A stretch of DNA of 32,000 nt, from contig JBHLKY010000003.1 in NCBI GenBank assembly GCA_048886185.1, positions 210,595 to 242,594 of the forward strand, given 5' to 3'. Each line of letters opens with the position of its first letter. The first letter of the stretch is position 1. This DNA comes from Candidatus Hermodarchaeota archaeon (GTDB taxonomy: Archaea > Asgardarchaeota > Heimdallarchaeia > Hodarchaeales > Hodarchaeaceae). The translations under genes were made by a program, and so were the position numbers. The notes under the pieces are model-generated. The model was given only the letters and a program-made list of their open reading frames with translations. It had not been told where the DNA came from and did not search any database. Below are positions 18,468 through 26,175 of this stretch, one piece after another.

Positions 18468-19349
18468 ATGAAACGTGTAATTATCAATATGGATCCTGGA
18501 ATGGGAGTAAAGTATCGGGACATAGATGATGGTATAGCACTCCTTTATCTCATGACTTCACCTGATATTTCAATTGAAGGTATTACAATCAATTTTGGAA
18601 ATACTCCTTCAGAACAGGGGTATCAGATAGCACGAACACTTCTAAAGATGACAAAAAGCACTATTCCTTTATTTAAGGGATCACAATCAAAGGCTGACTT
18701 GGGAAAACTCAATCCCTCAGTTGAATATTTAATAAAAACAGTGATTGAAAATCCAGGAGAGATTTCTTTATTAGCTACAGCACCCCTGACCAATATTGCA
18801 ACAGCAATGATGTATGAAGAGGAATTTATGGACAATCTATCTGACCTAATTATTATGGGAGGGACATTAAAATTCAGACCATTTTCATTTTTTGGAGAAT
18901 TTAATTTCCACTTAGACGCTAAAGCAGCAGCATTAGTATGTACAACCCCTATTCATAAGACATTAATTACTATGGATGTCTGTTCACAAACCGTTTTCCA
19001 ACAACAGCATTTAAACAAGCTAAAACAAAAAACGACAATTGTTTCCAAATATCTAATGAAAATTATTCCTCATTGGTTGGAACTAAACAAAAAAATTTTT
19101 TGGAGGGCCAAAGGGTTTTTTCCATGGGATGTAGTAGCTGCGCTTTATTTAACAGATGACCATTTATTTGATAGGAACCCATACACTTTGTCAATTCGTG
19201 AAACTGGTGTCCGCTCTGGTAGTATTCAAAATGTCATCCCCCGTGATAGTTTTAAGTCAATTAATGGACGGATACCCCTTAATATTCCTCTTCAGTTGAA
19301 ATACAATTTGGCTATGGAAAAAATTATCTCCACATTATATGACTTTTAA
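18468..19349 (+). CDS. Inosine-uridine-preferring nucleoside hydrolase family protein
   Basis: MDPG...DIDDGIAL, GEFNF..D..AA and PWDVVA motifs. The ATG at 18468 is likelier than the TTG at 18447 used by the track. Confidence 0.9.
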   Translation: MKRVIINMDPGMGVKYRDIDDGIALLYLMTSPDISIEGITINFGNTPSEQGYQIARTLLKMTKSTIPLFKGSQSKADLGKLNPSVEYLIKTVIENPGEISLLATAPLTNIATAMMYEEEFMDNLSDLIIMGGTLKFRPFSFFGEFNFHLDAKAAALVCTTPIHKTLITMDVCSQTVFQQQHLNKLKQKTTIVSKYLMKIIPHWLELNKKIFWRAKGFFPWDVVAALYLTDDHLFDRNPYTLSIRETGVRSGSIQNVIPRDSFKSINGRIPLNIPLQLKYNLAMEKIISTLYDF

Positions 19350-19403
19350 CATACTAGAAGCTAAATTGATAAGAGATATTTTTTCCTTAATTTAGATTTC
19401 GAA

Positions 19404-19496
19404 GTTAAACACAGACCGAATGCTCTCTACTTGAAGCAAACGACTCCTGAAGTTATCTGACGAAAGGCCCACTTAATTTCCGCACGACTAGCCCTT
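19404..19496 (+). repeat. Dispersed 93-bp repeat family, near-full copy C
   Basis: 19413-19496 is 64/84 identical, without gaps, to copy D (24061-24144). Confidence 0.88.
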
Positions 19497-21119
19497 ACGC
19501 CTTCGGATTACATTCACTAATGTCACTACAAATAATGTGATGACACCCATTTCAAAAATCTGGAGAAAAAATTGCAGCAATGAGGGAAATCCTGGGGAGA
19601 TGAAGTGAGAACCGCTCGATGAGCTGCATGAGGAAATCATTGCCTTGGTTGTAGTATTGATAAAGCCATTATCAGGTGTGGGTTGGATTGAAGAATGAGG
19701 AGACAAAATATTAGACGTAGGGTCTCCATTCTCAAATATAAAGATAGCTCCAGAGGTGGTTGCATACCAAAAGCCTTGAGTACAACTAGCATTGACTCGG
19801 ATGAGATACTGAGTTCCATTCCCCACAGTGGTACTATCCCAGATATATGACGTTGTGCTGAGGTTTGCAATTAAGATGATCCAGGAGATGCCCTTATCTG
19901 TGGAATAGGAAACCAAATAAGTGATTGGATGACTATTTAAATCAGTTGCAGGAGTCCATTGGAGTGTGATGTTCCCTGAAAAAATTGGTCCACCGCTAGG
20001 ACTAATGATTACAGCAGGTAGGAGATGATAGGGAGTAACTAAAGGCGAAAGATCTGAATTAGTTTCTATTCCTGGAATGGGATAAGGTTGATCAACAATC
20101 CCATCCATATTAGCATCAGGAGTGATCCAGTCATCCCAAAAGTTATCTGAAAAATGATTATTTGAACCCTGGTCTGCCGTTTGGGATCCCCCCCTATTAT
20201 TTCCTAAGAACATATTGGCTTGAATCTTGTTGTTATTACTTCTATGTGTAAGCTCCACCCCATAATCACTGTTGTTGGCAAAATAGTTGCCAGAGAGAAT
20301 ATTTCTCGAAGATTGAAGGTAAATACCACTTCCACTGTTGTTAATGATCATGTTTCCAGACAGGATACCATATCCAGAACCATCTAGGTAAATACCAAGC
20401 TCATTATTGTTACTAATGGTATTTCCCGTCAACAGACAATATATACCAACTAGATCAATTCCCCAATAATTATTGGAAACAAAGTTGTTGGATAAAGAGA
20501 TACCCCTAGATTGAAGAATTTGAATACCCATTTCAGTGTTATTAGCGATAATGTTACTTGATAAATGAGTATTAACACAGAAACGAAGGACAATTCCTCT
20601 TCCATTGATATTAGCGATAGTATTATTAGACATACCGATATTTTCAGAGTAGCTAATAAAAATTCCAAAGCCGTGATTAATGACTATATTCGACAAAATG
20701 TATCCATTTGTAACATTCTGAAAATAAATACCATAATATCCGCCATTTAAAACACAATTGCGGATTTGAAAATAAACATCAGTATTACTAATTTCTATCA
20801 ATCTCCTGGTTGGGTAGCCAGTAATATTAAGACCATCAATGATGAACGGAGCTGACGGGGTTCCCTCTCCAGTCCAGTTCTCTTCTTCTATAAGAGTTTT
20901 GAACTCTTCATTTCCATTAATTGAGAGAGGTGAATGGATTACATGTTGAATTAAGACTGGAGTAGATGGTTGGTTATTATTTTTCCCAATGTTGATTCTT
21001 GAAGACCATCCAGAGGACATCACATTAATTGGACAGAGAAAAGAAATGAAAAACAGAATCACTGAGATTTTGGTAAAAAACATTTTACTATGAATGAGCT
21101 GTTTTAACTCTAGGTACAA
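19488..21119 (-). CDS. NosD-like right-handed beta-helix surface protein with an FnIII-like domain and C-terminal anchor
   Basis: GEGT...PFII, many parallel beta-helix repeats (GI.L..S.N....N.I.NN), N.WDDW, an FnIII-like ITLQW...Y.V.YS segment, SPGF + TM + RRRKG. Confidence 0.88.
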   Translation of the reverse strand: MYLELKQLIHSKMFFTKISVILFFISFLCPINVMSSGWSSRINIGKNNNQPSTPVLIQHVIHSPLSINGNEEFKTLIEEENWTGEGTPSAPFIIDGLNITGYPTRRLIEISNTDVYFQIRNCVLNGGYYGIYFQNVTNGYILSNIVINHGFGIFISYSENIGMSNNTIANINGRGIVLRFCVNTHLSSNIIANNTEMGIQILQSRGISLSNNFVSNNYWGIDLVGIYCLLTGNTISNNNELGIYLDGSGYGILSGNMIINNSGSGIYLQSSRNILSGNYFANNSDYGVELTHRSNNNKIQANMFLGNNRGGSQTADQGSNNHFSDNFWDDWITPDANMDGIVDQPYPIPGIETNSDLSPLVTPYHLLPAVIISPSGGPIFSGNITLQWTPATDLNSHPITYLVSYSTDKGISWIILIANLSTTSYIWDSTTVGNGTQYLIRVNASCTQGFWYATTSGAIFIFENGDPTSNILSPHSSIQPTPDNGFINTTTKAMISSCSSSSGSHFISPGFPSLLQFFLQIFEMGVITLFVVTLVNVIRRRKG

Positions 21120-21216
21120 ATTCTTCCCATCTCAATAATCAGGAATTAGCTTTTCTACTATAAGAAGATTCTGAAAATGAAGAAATATGTTAGAAATTCT
21201 TTAGCTAAAATGGGTA

Positions 21217-22035
21217 TCAAATTTCTTTAGAAAAGGGTTTGTCCTTAAACAACTCTGATCTAGCTTTTAATACTTTTAGAGTTAAATCGTAAAAAATTTG
21301 GCTAGTAATTTTTTTATCGCTTGGTTTAATCTCATAATACGAAAATCCCATCTCTTCTACTAGTGACTGTTCATCTGTAATAATCTCTTCAAAAAGCTCT
21401 TCTTTAGTAGGATGTAGAGACCTGTCGTTTTGAATCTTGAGAAAAGTGGGTGTATAAACCTCCTTCATGATAAATCCTACTATTGCAATAGGAATTGAAA
21501 GGTGAATACTTTTAATTTCTTTGTACCAATCGTTCACTGCATTGAAAGAATCTCTATTGCTCTTATCAAAAGTAATAACAGCTGCTGATCCATGATAATA
21601 ACTTAGTTGGCATTTTCTAAAAAACTCTTGACTAGCTATATCCATGAGTATTAGCTTAATATTGTTACCATCTACCTGAATCTGTTTGGTCATAATGTCC
21701 ACTCCCTGAGTAGGTAAATGATTAGTAGTAAATTTCCCTTCAGCATAGCTCCGAACCCAGTTATTCTTCAACTCACTTGGATAACCTATTAGACAGATTT
21801 TCAACAATTCTTTAGGGGGATAACAAGCCTTACAGGCCAAATTTAAACACTTAATTTTCTCTCCCCTTCTGTTTCTAAAAAACTCTTTGAATCTAGCCCC
21901 ACAAAACAAACATTCTTGCCGTCTAATCCACCCTCTTTGTGAAATTAAGGTGATACAGAACTCACACGTGTGTCTTTGACAGCGAGAACACTGAATAAGA
22001 AAAGTATCCCTTCCACAGATCTGGCATTGATTCAT
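21217..22035 (-). CDS. Cys8 zinc-finger (FYVE-like spacing) fused to a Rab-like pseudo-GTPase
   Basis: N-terminus C-x2-C-x8-C-x2-C-x4-C-x2-C-x14-C-x2-C. The GTPase domain has PTQGVD, TKQIQVDGNNIKLILMDIASQE and YYHG..A..FD...SF, but the P-loop reads GYPSELKN and G4 reads GFIMK. Confidence 0.82.
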   Translation of the reverse strand: MNQCQICGRDTFLIQCSRCQRHTCEFCITLISQRGWIRRQECLFCGARFKEFFRNRRGEKIKCLNLACKACYPPKELLKICLIGYPSELKNNWVRSYAEGKFTTNHLPTQGVDIMTKQIQVDGNNIKLILMDIASQEFFRKCQLSYYHGSAAVITFDKSNRDSFNAVNDWYKEIKSIHLSIPIAIVGFIMKEVYTPTFLKIQNDRSLHPTKEELFEEIITDEQSLVEEMGFSYYEIKPSDKKITSQIFYDLTLKVLKARSELFKDKPFSKEI

Positions 22036-22260
22036 ATTTTCCCTTCTTTTATATATCCAACAAAATTCCCTTTTCGTAATTTAAGGTGCCTATTGTAATA
22101 AAAGATTATCTCGAGAATCTCTCAGAGTTTCTAGAAGATATTTCCTCGATTTTGAACTGGAGATAAGAAATTTCTAATTTTTTGTCGGAATTCCAACATT
22201 ATTCCCTAAAATACAATCTTATCAGACAGAAACCAAATCATTTCTGCTTTAATTGAAATA

Positions 22261-22333
22261 AACGACTTATAAAGCCACCAGACGATAGCTTTTCTCATAA
22301 ATCTTAATTTCCACAATTTTTAAGAAAATTAGC
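22261..22333 (+). repeat. Dispersed 93-bp repeat family, partial copy H with the variant palindromic right end
   Basis: AACGACTTATAAAGCCACCAGACGATAG is 23/28 identical to copy E; a short insertion follows, then CTTAATTTCCACAATTTTTAAGAAAATTAGC. Confidence 0.75.
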
Positions 22334-22559
22334 ACTTGAACTCAATGAACATTATTGTTTAGAGACATTTCGAAAGCGTTTCAGTATAGAGATTAAGACT
22401 AACACAACTAAAAGAGGGATGAATAAGCCTTTTATACTTGATAGGTCCTATTATCATAAACAATTACATCAGTTAGCTGAAACGAGACCCATAGGGAGAC
22501 AGGACAACCAGAATCTGTTATTACAGCAGAATTATTGATGCCAAACATATCGAAATAGT

Positions 22560-23201
22560 ATGGATGAAAACATTATGATAAGAACGGAAGGGTTTCTTCA
22601 ATGGATTGAAGAGAGTTTTACAAGCCCACAGGAGTTTAGACTGACTTATTCAGGGGAATTACCATATGGACGGAATTTCAATCTCCGTTTTAAGAGAACT
22701 AGTTCATTAATGAAAGGAAATCAATGGTACCTTTTCAAAGCATTACCCTCAGAACTAACTGTTGAAACAGCTTATCAGCTTGCAGTGGAAAGAAATCAAG
22801 TAATAAAAGGAAAAAGCAAAATTCTCAAATTTTTAGTGGATTTTCTCGTGTTTATCTATGTCTCTGAGAAATCCATACCTCAAAATGTCTTGGATTGCCT
22901 TGGAAATTTCTATTCGGTGAAAAAAAGGCATTTTCAGAATGTTCATGAAGTGAACTTCTTTCTAGATACTTCAACTGGATATTACACCAAACCCAAACGA
23001 ACAGGGTATTTTGGGTGGATTCCGTTAAAGAGATTGATAGGAGAGGTTGAAAGGTTTATTTTTGAACCTTACAACCAATGGATTCAGTCAAATCAAGGAA
23101 GTAAGGAACAAATCGCAAACTTTTGTCATAATTGTGGACAAAAAAACACTGACAAGTATAAATACTGTGAGAAATGTGGAGCGAATCTCGTGTCCCAGTA
23201 A
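22560..23201 (+). CDS. Hypothetical protein with a C-terminal double zinc ribbon
   Basis: Ends CHNCGQKNTDKYKYCEKCGANL (CxxC-x10-CxxC). Confidence 0.8.
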   Translation: MDENIMIRTEGFLQWIEESFTSPQEFRLTYSGELPYGRNFNLRFKRTSSLMKGNQWYLFKALPSELTVETAYQLAVERNQVIKGKSKILKFLVDFLVFIYVSEKSIPQNVLDCLGNFYSVKKRHFQNVHEVNFFLDTSTGYYTKPKRTGYFGWIPLKRLIGEVERFIFEPYNQWIQSNQGSKEQIANFCHNCGQKNTDKYKYCEKCGANLVSQ

Positions 23202-23226
23202 CATAGAGAACATACCAAAACAAAAC

Positions 23227-23245
23227 CAATTTTTCAGAAAATGAG
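23227..23245. repeat. Third copy of the palindrome CAATTTTT-N-AGAAAAT-K-AG found at the right end of copies I and H
   Basis: caatttttcagaaaatgag vs caatttttgagaaaattag (17447) and caatttttaagaaaattag (22314). Confidence 0.4.
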
Positions 23246-23334
23246 TATTGGCGCGATTAGTGTTAAACATGTTGGTCGAAATTATTGTCCAAAATCTCAA
23301 TTCTAAAGAAAAATCACGAGGTTAACAAAGGTTA

Positions 23335-23356
23335 TATATCTATATATGTAGATATA
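23335..23356. promoter_or_regulatory. Perfect 8-6-8 inverted repeat overlapping the vapBC TATA box (putative operator)
   Basis: TATATCTA-tatatg-TAGATATA, overlapping aaaggTTATATAT and ending 12 nt before the antitoxin ATG. Confidence 0.6.
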
Positions 23357-23368
23357 GACTGAAGAAGA

Positions 23369-23611
23369 ATGGTATCTAAAACAATCTCAGTAACCGAAGA
23401 GGTATATATGCTCCTCAAACGAATGAAATTACCTCACGAAAGCTTTGGAGAGACGATCGAAAGATTATGCAAGAATTTTACAACAGAAAACTTGCTAAAA
23501 TGGTATGAAAACACAGATGGGTGGAAAGACATGACTAACGAGGAGTTCCATGAAATCGATGAGGTAATAACAGATTTCGGAAAGAATTTTAAGCCCCAGA
23601 AAGCGGATTAA
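23369..23611 (+). CDS. vapB: Archaeal VapB-family antitoxin (DUF217-like)
   Basis: KTISVTEEVY..LK.MK...ESF...I.RL signature; lies immediately upstream of a PIN gene. Confidence 0.88.
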   Translation: MVSKTISVTEEVYMLLKRMKLPHESFGETIERLCKNFTTENLLKWYENTDGWKDMTNEEFHEIDEVITDFGKNFKPQKAD

Positions 23612-23613
23612 CA

Positions 23614-24027
23614 ATGATCTTGGTTGATAGTACATTTTTAATTGATGCATTACGAAAAAAGCCCAATGTGCGAAAATTCCTACAAAAAAATCCAACAGAG
23701 ATATTATTTACGACAGAAATAAATGTTTTTGAGTTATATCTAGGATTACATTCAAGTAAGATCCTAGAAAAAGAGGTAGCTCTTTTCGCAAAACGAAAAC
23801 AACCTCTGGAAGAATTGATCACGAAATTCCAAGTACTCTCATTTAGAAGAGGGGAAGCAATAGAATCAGCAAAAATTCTAGGAAAACTGTATAGATCGGG
23901 GAAACCAATTGAGTTTCGTGATGGGCTAATTGCAGGGATAGCTATTGCAAATGGTATAAAGAAAGTACTGACAAGGAATACTGACCATTTTAGACGAATT
24001 AAAGAGATTGAAGTACTATCCTATTGA
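23614..24027 (+). CDS. vapC: PIN-domain VapC toxin
   Basis: ILVDSTFLID, E (VFELY), D.LIAGIA and LTRNTDHF PIN motifs. Confidence 0.92.
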   Translation: MILVDSTFLIDALRKKPNVRKFLQKNPTEILFTTEINVFELYLGLHSSKILEKEVALFAKRKQPLEELITKFQVLSFRRGEAIESAKILGKLYRSGKPIEFRDGLIAGIAIANGIKKVLTRNTDHFRRIKEIEVLSY

Positions 24028-24051
24028 AGACAAAAACACACTAAAAAGTGG

Positions 24052-24144
24052 ACAGATGTTAGACCGAAGGCGCTCTAGCAGAAATAAAGGACTCTTTAAA
24101 CTACCTGACGAAAGGTTCGCTTAATTTCCACACGGGGAGCCCTT
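24052..24144 (+). repeat. Dispersed 93-bp repeat family, full copy D
   Basis: ACAGATGTTAGACCGAAGGCGCTCTAGCAGAAATAAAGGACTCTTTAAACTACCTGACGAAAGGTTCGCTTAATTTCCACACGGGGAGCCCTT; begins 25 nt after the vapC stop. Confidence 0.88.
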
Positions 24145-24590
24145 GGAGCAGCTAAAAAAGGATATTACTTTGTTTGAGACTTTTGAATAATACCTACGAC
24201 CATTCCAAGGAAAAATAAGACAGCTGCGGTATTCTGAATATGATATCCAGTAAATGACGGAATAACAGGTTTGGAATTACTCCTAGTAACCTCCACAACA
24301 ATATGGCGCTTAAGACTTCCGTTATGAATCAGAATGTTTGAATAATAATTACAGGAACCAGAACTATCGTGTTAAAAAGAAGAAGAATCATTCCAAAGAC
24401 AGCTGCTAGGATCAAACCCCTCTTTGATTTCACCCAACGCGCCACTCAAATATTGGATGATTCATTAGAATAATAAAAGGCTGTCGAATAGTAAGTTCTA
24501 TTCTCAGGACAGATACAACATTACACGACGTCAAACAGAAAGAGAGGGAAAGACAACAGTGTTACCATAATGAAATCGACCTTTTCATGA
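24145..24590 (-). pseudogene. Possible decayed membrane-protein gene
   Basis: Minus-strand frames give TM-like segments (GLILAAVFGMILLLFNTIVLVPVIIIQTF*; TAAVLFFLGMVVGIIQK) broken by several stops and a frameshift; no family recognised. Confidence 0.3.
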
Positions 24591-24724
24591 GCTTGAAGAA
24601 TTAGTACAAGAATTTTTTGACTTATAAGACACTTTCTTTTTACCTATTAGTTTTATTCTGAATGGATTATTGGTTCTTATTGCTTATTGGTGAGATCTTC
24701 TTGATACTCCATTTATCACTGAAG

Positions 24725-25204
24725 TTAACCAGCCACTGCCAAATATCTGTCATAAACCCACCATACAATAAAAAATACACCAAAAATTATCCAATCAATA
24801 ATCCAGAAGAGGGGAATCGGGAAATCAATTTGAAAAAGATCCCATAAGGGGGTCCAGAGTGGATCACCGAATTTCCATGTACCTTGAAAAAGGGCCTTAG
24901 TCAGCCAGTGGCCAATATCTTGAAAAAATTGGACTAAAAAAGCACCACCAATAGTCAATAACCAATCAGTTTTCTCTCGGGTGAGGAATGGAACGATAGA
25001 TAACATCAAAAAAATAAAAAACGCGTAAAGCATCCAATAGAACGGAAAATTATGGAGTTCATAATCCAAATAATAGACAAATGCCTGGGCTTCAATACCT
25101 CCAAGTAGTAAGGCAATCAAACCAGCCCAAATGATAATTATAGCCTTATCAAATCTATCCAAGTCGATACGACGATTTTTCATTGCAGTTACACCTGATT
25201 TCAA
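24725..25204 (-). CDS. Hypothetical polytopic membrane protein (about 4 TM)
   Basis: 159-aa ORF dominated by hydrophobic segments; the start may be the internal MKNRRI. Confidence 0.75.
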   Translation of the reverse strand: MKSGVTAMKNRRIDLDRFDKAIIIIWAGLIALLLGGIEAQAFVYYLDYELHNFPFYWMLYAFFIFLMLSIVPFLTREKTDWLLTIGGAFLVQFFQDIGHWLTKALFQGTWKFGDPLWTPLWDLFQIDFPIPLFWIIDWIIFGVFFIVWWVYDRYLAVAG

Positions 25205-25391
25205 ACAATAGTTATCAGTTTGAAATAATTGATTATAATTATAAGTGATTACTGCTGAAAAAAAGTGAAAAAAAGATAAAATCTAGTAAAAAAACACCTA
25301 TTGTATTTTCCCCAAACCTCCATAAAATATGATTAGCAATGAAGGAAACACGTGAATTTAATAATTTACCCGAAAAAAAGACATAAAGCGT

Positions 25392-25453
25392 ACAGATATT
25401 AGACCGAAAGCGCTCTCAGAGAAGCTAACGACTCCTGAAGCCACCTGACGATA
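25392..25453 (+). repeat. Dispersed 93-bp repeat family, copy E (3'-truncated)
   Basis: ACAGATATTAGACCGAAAGCGCTCTCAGAGAAGCTAACGACTCCTGAAGCCACCTGACGATA, the copy closest to consensus; similarity stops abruptly after GACGATA. Confidence 0.88.
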
Positions 25454-25845
25454 AAAAGTGTAAGAACTCAGGATTAGTTGTTGCTATCTGTTTCATGATT
25501 TTGTTATTAAATTTTTCTTTCAATCTTTCATTCGTGATTTTCTGGTTAATTCTCTTGGGAACAGCATTCGATTTTTCGATGACCGAAGTGCCTGTCCTTC
25601 TCACACAAGTGGCATCAGACTCCAATGGAACGGTTTTATCACTAAAACAAGCTGTAAATGCGGGAGCTTTAGCAATTGATTCCACTTTGAGCGGAATTAT
25701 CTGGATTAGCTTCGGATATGGAATACATGGTCTATTATTTGCGATAATAGCGTTTACAGGGGCTTTGATTGGTTATTTCAATATTAGAATTGTTCCAGAG
25801 AACGAACTTAAGCCTTTAAATGCTGTAATACCAAAAATTCTTTGA
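25454..25845 (+). pseudogene. C-terminal fragment of an MFS-like transporter
   Basis: KNSGLVVAICFMILLL...LGTAFDFSMTEVPVLLTQVASDSNGTVLSL...GALAIDSTLSGIIW..FG resembles the last four MFS helices; the frame opens inside repeat copy E. Confidence 0.55.
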
Positions 25846-26175
25846 AGTGATCTGAAAGAACTAGCCAACCCTCCTCTTTTTATTAAATTTTTTCGAATTC
25901 AGCCTCAACTGAGGTGATAATAGCCTTCAATGGATCTTTGGAATTATAATTGATCTGTGTTTTTCTCTAAATATATCTTTGGTAAAACACATTTGCTTAC
26001 ATTCTATTGTGTATGCATTGATCTCAAAATTTTAAAAATCTTATTTTTTTTTCCAATAAGAATTCCATCTTTTCTAGCTCTCCTCAACTTATTTCTTTAA
26101 ATAAGCGAAAAAAGGTTCATAGAGCTATTGAAACTTCAATTAAGGATAACAGCAACATTTAGGTGGATAATAAAT

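Noticed and set aside
19404-19496. The repeat as a short peptide on the minus strand (EI.R.FRQ..SGV..F...FGL)
   Set aside because: No start codon, stops in copies C and D, and third positions are as conserved as first and second, so conservation is at nucleotide level.
25401-25453. Hammerhead-ribozyme reading of the repeat (CCGAAA...UA...CUGACGA, type II order)
   Set aside because: The core words are present, but stem I does not form, the base at the A15.1 position varies (A/G/T/C) between copies, and extra bases separate CUGACGA from stem II. An Infernal search with hammerhead models would settle it.
7469-25453. CRISPR array, canonical attC sites or classical MITE
   Set aside because: Spacing is 0.7-4.7 kb with genes in between; there is no RYYYAAC...GTTRRRY hairpin, no terminal inverted repeats and no target-site duplications.
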